64,000 nucleotides of DNA from Gracilinanus agilis. Taxonomy: Eukaryota. The notes beneath the pieces are model-generated. The model made no database searches. It had not been told where the DNA came from and saw only the letters and a program-made list of their open reading frames with translations. This document shows positions 35,586 through 47,784 of this stretch, piece by piece. How positions within the stretch are numbered: position 1 is the first letter of the stretch; each line of letters begins with the position of its first letter. The stretch covers positions 28,828,260 through 28,892,259 of the forward strand of contig NC_058132.1 of the NCBI RefSeq assembly GCF_016433145.1. Direction: 5' to 3'. A program made the position numbers and the translations under genes.

Positions 35586-35787
35586 CAGTGATGGGCAAAC
35601 TACTGCCCTCGGACCAGATGTGGCCCCCTGAGATGTTCTATCCAGCCTGAGACATTATTCCTAATCTGACGAATACAATGAGTAGGATACAATACAATGA
35701 AACTTCCAAAGAGTTGCCTTAGAAACAGACTGACAGAGGAGCATTTCCTTTCCTTTGGCCCCTCTTTAAAAAGTTTGCCCATCACTG
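35586..35787. mobile_element. hAT MITE, family C
   Basis: TIR CAGTGATGGGCAAACT / AGTTTGCCCATCACTG; TSD CTCTATAA / TTCTATAA. Confidence 0.9.
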
Positions 35788-36476
35788 TTCTATAAGGACA
35801 ATGGGGGCTGACAGGTGAAGGAACTCAAGACTCTAGTGACTTACTGATTATAATCCTAGCCAATAGCTAGGCAGGACACATCACAGCTATTACTGATTCT
35901 TAGATCTGGACACCAATAGACTTTTTTCCATCTTGGACTCAATACTGTGTATTGGTTCCAAGGTAGAAGCAAAGTAAAGTCTAAGCAATGGGGGTTAAGC
36001 GACTCACCCAGGATCACCCACTTAGGAAGTGTCTGAGGCCAGATTTGAACTGGGGTCCCCAGGTCTCTAGGTCTAGCTCTCAGGCTCCTCAATCTCAATC
36101 TTAGCCACCTAGCAGCTCCCAGCAATAGACATTTTAAACTTAAGACTGGGTTCAGCTGAAGTGGGGACTGCCATCACCTCTTCTTCTGGTTCTCAATAAT
36201 TGCTCTTTCAGCTCTTCTGGAAATCCCCTTCCTAAATCACAGTTTCTACCTTTTACAATATCATCCACTGTAGAAAAGATTAGCAACATTAACTAATCCT
36301 TCCCAGTAGAAATGCCTCAGAATCTGCCTTGCCTTGCTTCCCTCTCTCCTGTCCTCTCCCAGATCCTTTGTAAGTCCAGAAAGACCAAGATAATAATAAA
36401 ATAATAAAAAATAATAAAAAAGATTGCCCTAAATTGCATTCCTCCCTTTAGTGAAAAGATTATGGTGCCTATAGAG

Positions 36477-36660
36477 CAGTGATTCCCAAAGTGGGCACCA
36501 CCGCCCCCTGGTGGGTGCTGCAGTGATCCAGGGAAGCGGTGATGGCCACAGGTGCATTGATCTTTCCTATTAATTGCTATTAAAATTTTTTTAAAATTAA
36601 TTTCCAGGGGGCTAAGGAATATTTTTTTTCTGGAGGGCCAAAAAAGTTTGGCAACCATTG
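36477..36660 (+). mobile_element. hAT MITE, family B, copy c
   Basis: Same termini; perfect TSD CTATAGAG. Confidence 0.9.
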
Positions 36661-37683
36661 CTATAGAGTCACTAGAGTTATACATGAACATTTGCAAGTA
36701 TTTTTCTTGACAAACATCAGAATCTGATACGCAGGCAAAATGTTAAAGGCAACATGTCATAGTGAATAGAGAGATGTCCTCAGTGTCAGAGCAATGCAAG
36801 TTCTGCCCCCTGACACATTCTAATCATGAGGGATTTAGAACATTCTTTCGTATGATTATTGACAGCTTTGATTTTTTCATCTGAAAATTGTTTGTTCATA
36901 TCCTTTGACCATTTGTCAATTGGGAAATGGCTTACCTTGCCTAGCCTTTACCACTTTTCTGCCTCGGAATCAATACCTAGTATCAATTCTAAGACAGAAG
37001 GTGAAGGTTTAAAAAGAGAGAGAATTCTTCTATCAGTGATGTAGACTATCTGATTAGGACAAATGAAGAAATTAATACTGTGCTCCAGTAATAAATTCAG
37101 ATGAGAGGACACAACTGAATCCATAATTAGCTCCTTGGGGGGCAGCTGGGTAGTTCAGTGGATGGAGAGCCAGGCCTAGTAGACGGGAGGTCCTGGGTTC
37201 AAATCTGGCCTCAGACACTTCCCAGCTGTGTGACCCTGGGCAAGTCACTTGGTCCCCATTGCCAAGCCCTTACCGCTCTTCTGCCTTAGAGCCAATACAC
37301 AGTATTGACTCCAAGATGGAAGTTAAGGATTTATAAAATAATAATAATAATAATTAGCTCCTTAATCTGCCTAATACTTTATCAATAGAGACTCCTTGCT
37401 GCCTCATGGCTTCACTTTCTCTTCCAGAGTCACCAAAGTCCAGGAGCAGGACAAAAGTCAAGCTGACTGGCAATGACCCAGGATGGAGTGGATAATCCTG
37501 GCATCTTCTTTGTCCAAGCTCCAAGAGTTCCCCAGCACCTGCTTCAGCCACCTTCATAACCCTTGGAACAAATTGTTGTCACGTGTCTATTTTGCCAGAC
37601 TGTATACCCTCTCAGTGGTACAGTCTGAAGAGGGTCTAGGTTTCAGATGACTCCCTTCACTTTCAGGTTGAGCCCACCTGGAC

Positions 37684-37873
37684 NNNNNNNNNNNNNNNNN
37701 NNNNNNNNNNNNNNNNNNNNNNNNNNNNNNNNNNNNNNNNNNNNNNNNNNNNNNNNNNNNNNNNNNNNNNNNNNNNNNNNNNNNNNNNNNNNNNNNNNNN
37801 NNNNNNNNNNNNNNNNNNNNNNNNNNNNNNNNNNNNNNNNNNNNNNNNNNNNNNNNNNNNNNNNNNNNNNNNN
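37684..37873. other. Assembly gap (190 N)
   Basis: N run abutting a - strand SINE 3' end. Confidence 1.
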
Positions 37874-39789
37874 TCTTAGAATCAATACTCTGTATTAGTT
37901 CCAAGGCAGAAGATCGGTAAGGGGATTAAGTGACTTGCCCAGGGTCACACAGCTGGGAAGTGTCTGAGGCCAGGTTTGAACCCAGGACCTCCCGTCTCTA
38001 GGTCTAGCTCTCTATCCACTGAGCCTCCACCTGCCCCCAAGATGATGTTTTCTAAGATTGACCCGAGAAAAGTGAGGCAGAAGGAGTATAGAGAAGTCAA
38101 TAGATGGGGGTCCATCAACCTATAGAAAGTGCCTTGCAAATCTTAAAAGGACTCTATTGATGATACCTAGTGTTGCTATAGTTGTAAATAGTATCCTCTA
38201 TTTTTTGTAGCCTCCCACAAGGCTACAAAAGTACCCAAGTTCAGATACTAGCAGAGATGCTCCTTGCCGAGGAAGCTGAGACAAAGAGGGATACGTAGGC
38301 TGGAGAGGTCCCAGAACTGACCTACCTTCTTTCTGGCTGCCCATCCCCAAGTCTAAATCAGCCAGTGCTCAAGGAGATCCAGAAAGGCCGAGAAAAGGAA
38401 AAGTTCCCCCAGGTTACATGTACAAAGTCAAAGACACACATATATGTTGTATTTGTATATGTGTACACACATACACACACACACAATATGTAGTTTTTAA
38501 AGGCATTTTGAGCTGAATAATGGCTAGGTTGGTTCCTTCAATCCTGACATTTCAGTTCTCAGAGAAGCCCCAGCTGGGTCCTTCTGCCCTCCATCCAGAG
38601 ATGAAGCAGAGCCAGCTTGAAGAGGACAGCCAACTGTCATTGGGAACATTTCTGCCTCAGAAACTGGCAATCGCTGCAAGTCAGAGCCTGATTATTTAGC
38701 ATTTTGTTGGTTTAAGAAAGTGATGGAGAAAATATTAGTAATGAAAATTAAACTCAGAAGTGTGCCCTCTGGATTCAAATCTGGCTTCAGACATTTCCTA
38801 ACGGTGTGACACTTGGCAAGTCACTTTACCTGATTGCCTAGCCCTAAACTGCTCTTTTGACTTAGAATTGATACTAAGAAAGAAGGTAAAGATTTAAAAA
38901 AAAAGTCTCACTTGTGTTTTTGGGGCAGTGGAGGGACATTTACTCTGCTTCTATCCAAGCTCATAGCCCAGATTCCTTAATATGGTTTTGTGAGTTTAGC
39001 TACTGGCTCCTTGTCCAGAGGAGGAAAAGGAGCCCCAGGAAGGTGAAGGGATTGGGCGAGGGTCACAATACAAGTCAGTGGCAAAATTGGGACCTATAAG
39101 ATCCAAGTCTTCTGATCACCCTCCCCAGGAGATGAGGGAAATGTGGCCTAAGAAGGGGGATCAGAACTGTCTGAGTACCTGACAGCAAGGTGCTGGGAGA
39201 CTCCTAGACCATTTCAACATAGGAGAAAAGGAAGAGCAGAATGTAGTCGAGGGTCATTTAGGTGGCAAAAGGGGATAGAGTTGATAGATATTGGAACAGT
39301 TTGCAATTTCCTTTTCCATCTCATTTAACAGATGAAGAAATCAAGACAGAGTTAAGTGAGTTGTCCAGGGTCACTCAGCTAGTAAGTGTCTGAGGTCAGA
39401 TTTGAACTCAGGAAGGAGTCTCCCTGCCTCCGGGCTTGCAATTCTATGTACTATGGTGCCACCTAGCTGCTCAAAGCTCTAGATGTGTTGAAAGGGGGTG
39501 TGGACTTCTTCACAATAAAGCTGTCTAGCCCTAGAATCTTGAATAAATATGAGTGTAAGCCCATGGTGGTGGCCCTTCTCCTGTGAATCTGGACTTGGCA
39601 ATGTCAGGGTGGGATGGAGCAATGGATCTGGCTCAGAGAGTAAGAAAGAATAACTGTCCGCCCTAGCCGTGTGAGTGGTGTGAGGTAGCTAAGTCTGGAA
39701 GCCCTATGCTAAGCCCGAGAGTTTCATGGAAGAATAGAAATAGTGCCTGTCCTCAAGGATTTCACAATTTAATGGGAGAGAAAACATAT

Positions 39790-39975
39790 CTATGTAAATA
39801 CATATATTATATTATATATTATTTATATTATATTACAATAAAATATATATCATATATTATAAATAGAAATAAACTATGTTTATATAACACATATTATATA
39901 AATAGATATCTATGTACAAACAAATATAAATATAATAAAATATATTTGTAATTTATATATAAATATATATGAGAG
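39790..39975. repeat. TA-rich low-complexity tract
   Basis: Degenerate (TA)n/(TAT)n. Confidence 0.85.
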
Positions 39976-40279
39976 ATCTAACTTTAGGCATTTTCCCTCA
40001 TACCTAGAATGCTGTCCCTCATCTCCACTTCCTGCTTTCTCCCCTGTTTCCTTCAAGTCCCAACTAAAACCTCACTTCTACTGGAAGTCTTTCCTGATCT
40101 CCTTAATTCTAGTGTGTTCCCTCCGTTAATTACTTCCTATTTATTCTGTATCTAGCTTATTTGAATGTATTTGTATGTTGTCTCTCCAGCTGGACTCTGA
40201 GCTGCAGTAGGTCAGGATCTGTCTTTTACCCTTCCTTGTTCTAGAACCTATTAGCACTGTGCAGGAAGATAACAGGTTA

Positions 40280-41225
40280 ACATGATGGGACAGGAAAATG
40301 AAAGATATTGGAGAGGGTGTGGAAAAGCAGGTATGCTAATGCATTGTTGGTGAAGTTGAAAATTGGTCTAACCATTTTGGAGAATAATTTGCAACTAAGC
40401 CCAAAGGGCTATAAAACTGTGCATCCCCTTTGACCCAGCAATATCACTATTAGGTCTGTATCCCAGAGGTTTTGTTTGTTTGTTTGTTTTGTTTTGTTTT
40501 TAAGGGAAAAGGACTTGTTGGTGCCAGAATATTTCTAGGGGCTCCTTTTGCTGTGGCAAAGAATTGGAAACTGAGGAAATGAGCATCAGTTGGAGAATGA
40601 CTGAACAAATTGTGGCAAATGATTGTAATGGAATACTACTGTGTTATAAGAAATGACAGAGTAGGACAATTTCAGAAAATCCTGGGAAGACTTATGTGAA
40701 CTGAAGCAGAGTGAAGTGAACAGAACAGATCAATGTACAGTGACAGCAATATCGTTCCATGAACACTTTATGAATGTCTTCGCTGTTCTCAGCAATACAG
40801 TGATCCCAAACAATTCTGAAGGACCCATGATGAAACATGCCATCCGCCGCCTCCAGAGAGAACCCATGGGTGCACATTAATGCAGACTGGTTGCACTTTC
40901 TCTATTTTTCTTGTTTTTTTGTGTCTTTGTCCATTTATTTATCTTTTGCAGCACGAATAATATGGAAATGTTTGGCATGATTTACACGTACAGTGGATAC
41001 ATTGCGTATCTTCTCAATGGGTAGAGGATGGGCAGGAGGGAAGGAGAGAATTTGGGACTAAAAAACAAAGAATTAATTTAAAAAAAATTTCGGGCTCTTG
41101 AAAGATGTCGCGGGAGTCCTGGAGCCTGGGAGGGAAGAAAGGAGAGCGACAATATGGATCATATAACTTTGGAAAACTTATGTGGAAATCTGGTATTAAA
41201 ATATATATATGTTTTTTAAAGAAGA
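40280..41225 (+). mobile_element. L1 3' fragment ending just upstream of the COX6B1 promoter
   Basis: L1 ORF2 C-terminal/3' UTR motifs (CCCTTTGACCCAGCAAT, GGAATACTACTGTG); its 3' end resembles 50540-50630. Confidence 0.75.
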
Positions 41226-41249
41226 GGGGAGGAGGGAGAAGAGGAACAA

Positions 41250-41534
41250 GGGGGCGGGACAGAATCGGGCTCCGGCGCTCTCGATGAGGATTGGCTCTTC
41301 GGGATGTGACGGGCGTGCCATGTGGTCCAATGGGGGCACGCAGCGCTCGCCTCCGCAGCCTCTCTAGCTTCTTCCGGAAGTCAGCCTCGCCTCCTTCTTG
41401 CTCGCTCTGCGTCCCGGGCTTACGCTTCCGTTTCCGGCCTCGGACCCTTAGCGCTGAGGGTCACATTGAGTCTGCGGTGCCCGCGGGATTAGCAGCAGAG
41501 ACAGCGACAGTGACAGCGGCGGGAGCGACCTCAG
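41250..41534 (+). promoter_or_regulatory. COX6B1 CpG promoter and non-coding exon 1
   Basis: GC box 41251-41260, ATTGG 41290-41294, CCAAT 41327-41331, CCGGAAGT 41374-41381, tandem GCTTCCG/TTTCCGG 41424-41437 (GABP/NRF-2-type sites, typical of COX subunit promoters); GCTGAGGGTCACATTGAG resembles the human 5' UTR as recalled; donor CAG|GTGACC at 41535. Confidence 0.75.
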
Positions 41535-41649
41535 GTGACCTCCCCCTTCCCGGGTGTGCGGGAGCCCCCCAGCCCCTTGGATACCCTTTACCCCTCTTTT
41601 TGCATTTGTCCTTTGCTGCGCTCCCCTCGATATGTCCATGCCCAGGCCT

Positions 41650-43350
41650 CCGCCCTGCCTGTGGGCTGCGTACCTTGACGGCTGCGCACTCCTGCACCCC
41701 GATATAGACCATGTACCTCACCTGCACTGCCAGGGGCCTGCGCATCCCTTGTACCCCAATATATGCCCTGCATCTCATTTTCTACCACTGCCTGAAAGCC
41801 GAACTTAGCTCATCGTAGCCTTTGTACCCCCATTCATGCCCTGCACCCCATCTTCTGCACTGCCTGAACGTTGCGCTCCCCGCACCCCGATATATGCCCT
41901 GTACCTCATCTGTCAGAATATACATTATAGCCTTTGTATCCTGATGTATACCCTCAACCCCACCTTCTGCACTACCTGAAGGCTTATAAATTGTAGCACC
42001 CTGCACCCCACCCTCTGCACTCGGCCTGTATGCTTTGCACTCTTCCCATATTATCAGAGCCCTTTGCGCCTCATCTTCACAACCTGAAGGCTGTGCTCTC
42101 CTATATATCATAGCCCTCTGCCCCCCATATCTACTATTAACCTCATCTTCTTCCCCATATACACCTTGCATCCCATCCTGCCTGTCTGCCTTGCACCCTT
42201 TCCCCATATCGCAGCCCTTTGCACCCTAGTTTATACCATATATTCTGCCTAATACACGTCCCAAATGCTGGAACCTAGATATCACAGCCAGCACCCCCTT
42301 TTTTTTTTTTTTTTTTTTTTAAACCCTTACCTTCCATCTTGGAGTCAATACTGTGTATTGGCTCCAAGGCAGAAGAGTGGTAAGGTCTAGGCAATGGGGG
42401 TTAAGTGACTTGCCTAGGGTCGGTCACACAGCTGGGAAGTGTCTGAAGCCATATTTGAATCCAGGACCTCCCCCCTTCTCTAGGCCTAGCTCAATCCACA
42501 GAGCTACCCAGCTGCCCCCACACCCTCATGTTTTTAATGTATCCCACCTTCAGTATTCTCCGTTATATACCTTATACCCCACCTTCTGAACCCTATGCTC
42601 CCTATATTTGCCCTGTGCCCCATCTTCTACACTCACCTGAATGCTGGGGCACCCCTCCCGTATATCTAACCAGTATCCTCATGTACTCTACACCCCACCT
42701 TCGATTCTCCTCTATGCTATGCATCCTTCCCATATAGCACAGCCATATACTCTGATCCCTTTCTTATACACTCTCCTGAATGCTGTATACCTTATCCCAT
42801 TTTCCACACTGGCTGTGCAGTCCCTCCCATCTATTACAGTCCTTGCACCCCCATAGAGCCCCCATATCCACCTTTGATGCTTGTCCGTATTCTGCACACT
42901 CCATATATACCCTGTACCCTACCTTCTACACTCACCAGAATGCAGCACCCCATCCCCCATAGCTCAGCCCCTGCACTTCCATAGATCCTGGGCAACCCAC
43001 CTTGTGTTCTCACCTTTATACTAATTGTGGTTAACAGATATCTGCACCTCACCATCACAGCCATATGCTTTGCATCCCACATCCTACACTCCTTCATATG
43101 TACCACAGACCCCGCCTTCTACACTTGTCTGTGTCATTAATCACAACCTCTTGTACTCTCCTATATTCCTGTACCCCATCTTCTACACTAATCTGAGGGC
43201 TGCACACCATATTCCACAGCTTTATCACCTAGAGCAGACAGTTCACCTTTTGGCCTCCCATCCCCTCCTCAGGGACCCCTCACCCTAATATCTCCATACT
43301 TGCCTCAGTGCCCCCAGCCTCTACTTCTGCCCATTAACAACATATCCCTG
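41650..43350 (+). repeat. Degenerate C-rich repeat array in COX6B1 intron 1, interrupted by a SINE (42299-42517, -)
   Basis: Recurring CCCTG(C/T)ACCCCA(T/C)CTTCT(G/A)CACT...CTGAA and CACCCCGATATA motifs. Confidence 0.6.
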
Positions 43351-43434
43351 AATGTACCACGCCCCCCCCCCATTATATACACATATAGAGAATCTCACAC
43401 ATACTGCTGCATACCCTGCTCTCTCCACTTGTTT

Positions 43435-43645
43435 ATTTTATTTTATTTTATTTAAACCCTTCCCTTCTGTTTTAGAATCCATACTGTGTATTGGTTCCAA
43501 GGCAGAATTGCACTAAGGGCTGGGCAGTGGGGGTTAAGTGACTTGACCAGGGTCACATAGCTAGGAAGTGTCTGAAGCGACATTAGAACCCAGGACCTCC
43601 CATCTCTAGGCTGGACTCTGTCCACTGAGCCACACAGCTGTCCCT
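43435..43645 (-). mobile_element. SINE with (TTTTA)n tail
   Basis: Matches the SINE unit. Confidence 0.8.
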
Positions 43646-44083
43646 TTCTACTTGTTTATATACCATGTACCTGGCCGTCTGCACACAGCCATTTGCCAGG
43701 ACCCTGCCCTCTATCCACCCCTACCCCCAATCCCCACCCAGGCCTTCCAGATCTTCCAGATTCCCTTGTCCCCAATCCCCCACACACCATCCACTCTCCT
43801 TTAGCCCCCAGCCCAGTGGTTGTGCCTGGATGTATCACATAGCAGCCCATCTGTCTCCACCTCCACATAGACCAGCCTGTAGCCCCTCCAGACACCACCT
43901 CCTTCCTCATTCTTCCACACTGAACAGGCCTGGGCCTCAGAACCCTCGGTCTCTACCTGCTGCCCCTTTGGCCCTGCCTGCCCGGATGGACCAGACCACA
44001 GTGGGGTGGGGAGGGGCTTTATTCCATTGGTCTCAGGGTCCCTGAGTGACCCTCTGCTGTCCCTCCAGTCACCAGGAGCCACC

Positions 44084-45279
44084 ATGTCTGAGGATATCAA
44101 GACCAAGATCCGAAACTACCGCACTGCACCCTTTGACAGCCGCTTCCCCAATCAGAACCAGACCCGTAACTGCTGGCAGAACTACCTGGGTATGTAGAGG
44201 CCCCACCACCACCACCACCACCAGCCCCACCCAGTACATGCTCTCAGCCTCTCCTCCCAGCATAAGCCTGAACGTGGGTGGTTGTGGTGGTGGTTGCTTT
44301 AACTAGACAATACAAAACCAATACAAAGGATACCAAACACACTATATTTCCCTATGCTTGGTCTTCTTCATAATCCTATGTGTTTTATTTCTATGCATTT
44401 AAAACATTCTGAGAAAAAGTCCACAAGATTCCCCAGACTTCCAAAGGGATGCATGATACAAAGAAAGTTCAGAATCCCTGTCTGTGTTATAGGAATCCTT
44501 CCTTCCTGAGCCCCAAAGTACTTCTGCAATTCAATAGGATGTCAGAGGGAAGAGACTTTCTTTGTGTCTCCATGCCTGGCACAGAGTAGACAAGAAATGC
44601 TGGTGATTTGCAGGTGTCTGGCCCCCTCTTGGGATCGCAGACCCTGAGATTCAGTTTCGTTCCCCCAGACCCCGGGGGCTTCTCCCATCTCCTCCAGGCC
44701 AGCTACTAAAGCCATCTCCTTTCACCTCCTAGATTTTCACCGTTGTGAGAAGGCCATGACTGCAAGAGGTGGTGATGTGTCTGTCTGCCAGTGGTACAAA
44801 CGTGTCTACAAGTCCCTCTGTCCCTTGTCCTGGGTATGTGGCTGTGGGAGGCTTTGTTTTTGTTTGGGAGGGAGAGGGGGTGTACTGGGTCCATCCTTCC
44901 ATTTCTACCTGCTGGCCTTTAGTGACTCTCCTAACCAAGAGTGCCATGCTATCTCTCCAGCTTACCGGGACCTGAAACTTGCCTGCCTTTTGCCCCTGCT
45001 TAGGATTAGCTCCCCACAGTGCAGGGGCTAATTGTGTCCTAGAGCGAGGAAGCCTAGGTACTAGCCTTGACCTTTGTGGGACCCTGAGAAAGTCTCTGCC
45101 CTTCTTTCTTCTGAGAAAGAAGGAATAAGCTTTTGGGGTGGGAGTGCTGAGATAAAGGAATGTGGGTCACATGAAATAAATAGAATAAGGCCTGAAGGAG
45201 GTTGGTATTTTTCTATCATCTGCAGGTGAATACTTGGGATGATCGCAGAGCAGAAGAAACCTTCCCTGGCAAGATCTGA
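44084..45279 (+). CDS. COX6B1: Cytochrome c oxidase subunit 6B1 (86 aa)
   Basis: Exons 44084-44189 (GCCACCATG), 44733-44833, 45226-45279 (TGA): [86 protein letters not shown]; four cysteines conserved; sizes 106/101/54 as in human. Confidence 0.98.
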
Positions 45280-45401
45280 GCAGCTTCCTTTTCCTCCCTT
45301 CTCCCCCACCCCAATGTCTGGGGCTGGATCCCTTCTTCCCTCAGAGTGGGGGGAATGTGATCTGTGGCTACTCCTACCCTGAGGGGCCTGAATCATGTTA
45401 A

Positions 45402-45407
45402 AATAAA
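45402..45407 (+). terminator. COX6B1 polyadenylation signal AATAAA
   Basis: AATAAA about 120 nt after the stop codon. Confidence 0.85.
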
Positions 45408-46150
45408 CTGTTGGAATCAAGCAAGTGTTGAGTGTCCTTGAATGTCCATAGCAGGCTGGGGAGGGAAGGAGAGGGGAAACAACATTACCCACCTACCCCG
45501 ACTTCTGGCGCCCATGAACCTGGAGTTACCTGCCTTTGCCTGTAGGTATTTCATGGGCCCCTTCCTAGGTGGGCATAGCCAAGATCTCAAAGCACCTCTC
45601 CAGAACAGCACATCTCAGGTGCCAATGTGAGCTGAACAGTGGGCAGAGTTTTCTTCACTCTGGAGACTTAAATGGGTTTGGGGGGATTGGAGAGCTGGAG
45701 AGACTAGGCCTCTTCTCTGTGGGGGACCCTGTGTTTTGTCCCAGGGAGACAAGGATGAGATGGGCCAATCCCTCACCCAACCTTTGTTGAGTGTCTATGA
45801 AGTTAGATTTTCTGAGAAAGCTTGTGCCTTTCATGCGTTGGTCCGTGTTTATTATTTTAATTCCAGGTCGAAACCTAAAACTGTGTGTAAAATGACCAAG
45901 TTGGACTTCCTTTACCAGCTTCTCCTCCTGTTATACACAGGATTGTCCCTACTGTAGTGGAAACTTAACAAAGCAGATAAAGTGGTTTTTGTGTGGGAAC
46001 AAGGTTGGTTTGGAGTTGGGTTCCTGATTAAAGTTGGTATTTTAACTAAAGATGTTAGAAAAGCAGATAAGATGGCTCATTTAGTGTGAGTCGTTTTACT
46101 AATCACTTAAGCCAGTGCTTGGCACTTGGTGCTAGAAGAGGACCAAATGA

Positions 46151-46500
46151 CGTATAAATATGAAAAATAATAAAGGCTGCTATAATAATATAAATTAATA
46201 TTTTAATTAAAGCCATGCTGATAGATAAAGTTATTAGACCACGCGCTTGTAAGCATTCAAAACTTGCCGCCTAGCCATAATTGTCTCCTGTCTCCTCCCG
46301 AGTCTGCTGGCCAAGAGCCCACTCCCTCCTAACCCAGGAGATTTAAACTCTTCTCTGCATGGAGACGCAGGCGTCCCCACGCCCAAAGAACCGGAAACGG
46401 AAACCCGTTGGACCACGGGGAAATGTAGTTTGACAATTTCCACGTGTCCATAGAAAATATATATACTTTTAGATAGCATCTCCCAAATTTCACTTTTACA
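46151..46500 (-). mobile_element. Solo LTR related to the 51237-54644 element
   Basis: Reverse complement aligns with the 293-bp LTR (e.g. ATTAGACCACGCGCTTGTAAGCATTCAAAA, CACTCCCTCCTAACCCAGGAGATTTAA); more diverged and about 55 bp longer. Confidence 0.85.
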
Positions 46501-46890
46501 GACATCACTGTCAGGGTCCATGTACAGTGTGTCTGACTGTGACTGATCAAACCAGTATGAGCCGGGCACCAACAGCCCTATGAACATTGGGGATGGGGAG
46601 GGCTCTAGATTTGTGCATCCCACTTTTGAGCTCCTGCAGTTCTGCTTTGCTCGTAGAACACTGCCGTCTTCTTTGAGGTGGGCACTCCGTGCTGAACGGT
46701 CCTGTGCCAGGGTCTCCCATGACTCACAATTGACAACATGGTTCTCCCGAGAGACCTTGAGAGTGTCCTTGTATCTCTTCTGACCTCTGTGTGCATTTGC
46801 CTTGTGTGAGCTCTCTATAAAATAGCCTTTTAGGCAAACAAACATTTGGCATTCAGACCAACATGGCCAACCCATCAGAGCTGGGCCCTC
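46501..46890 (-). mobile_element. RTE/BovB-like LINE 3' fragment
   Basis: Minus-strand peptide RGQKRYKDTLKVS...NCESWETLAQDRSA resembles the RTE ORF C-terminus. Confidence 0.75.
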
Positions 46891-47705
46891 TGCAGTAGTG
46901 AAGCTTGACAGTTCAGGCTGAGAAAAGACCTCAGTGTCTGGTCCTTATCTTACCTGTACCTTCAGGACCTTCCTAAGACAATTCAAATGGAAGTGATTCT
47001 GTTTTAATCTGTGTGGATGGTTAGGTTGAGCTCTAGAACAGATCTGGTTTAGGAGGCTTGGCCAGGTCGTTAGAAAAGGTAAGAAGAAAAAAAACAAAAC
47101 TGATAGATTTGGAATCAGGAAGACCTGAGTTCAAATCTTCACTCAGGCACTTACTAGCTATCAAGCAAGTCATTTCACCTTCTTAGCCTCAGTTTCCTCA
47201 TCTGTAAAGTGGGAACAATATCACCTACTTTGAAGGGTGGTTGTGAGAAACAAATGACATGGAAGGTTCTGTAAATGCTAAAACTCTAACGGCCTTTAGG
47301 TGGCACCAGAATACATAGTACTTAATTTCAACATCAGTTTCAGCTTCCCCAAGAATGGTCAACTATGGGGGCAGCTGAGTGGCTCAGTGGATTGAGAGCC
47401 AGGCCCAGAGATGGGAGGTCCTGGGTTCACAGACACTTCCCAGCTGTGTGACCCTGGGCAAGTCACTTGACCCCCATTGCTTAGCCCTTATTGCTCTACA
47501 CTGTATTGATTCCAAGACGGAAGGTAAGGGTTAAAAAAAAAAAAAAGACAAGAACTATGATACCCATTATAAATATGAAATCATGTAAAATATGTCTACA
47601 TTAGCTATTTTGTACCACTACATTTCTACCCTCTGAGCCCTTCTCTGTACTCACACAGCCACCATCTTAGATTTAGGTCCTCATCACATCTTTCCTGGCT
47701 GTACT

Positions 47706-47784
47706 ATTTCTTTTCTTTTCTTTTCTTTTCTCTTCTCTCCTTTTCTTTTCTTTTCTCTCCTTTTCTCTTCTCTTCTTTTCTTTT
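47706..47784. repeat. (TTTTC)n/(TTCTC)n simple repeat (SINE tail)
   Basis: Directly visible. Confidence 0.85.

Larger units (their letters stand above)
35921..38905. mobile_element. SINE cluster: 35921-36115 (-), 37137-37350 (+), 37874-38037 (-), 38755-38905 (+)
   Basis: Each matches the SINE unit; the 37137 copy has TSD TAATTAGCTCCTT. Confidence 0.8.

Noticed and set aside
33134-37873. N gaps hiding missing genes such as UPK1A or KIRREL2
   Set aside because: The gaps are about 190 N, abut SINE ends and lie between ETV2 and COX6B1, not in the COX6B1-NPHS1 interval. True gap size is unverified.
34575-43350. CRISPR-like repeat-spacer arrays
   Set aside because: Eukaryotic context; the repeats are tandem or degenerate without unique spacers, and there are no cas genes.
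44084-45279. COX6B2 or a processed pseudogene
   Set aside because: It has introns, an intact ORF, a CpG/GABP promoter and the COX6B1 position next to ETV2.
46234-46875. 213-aa minus-strand ORF as a gene
   Set aside because: A chimera of an RTE 3' fragment running into a solo LTR.
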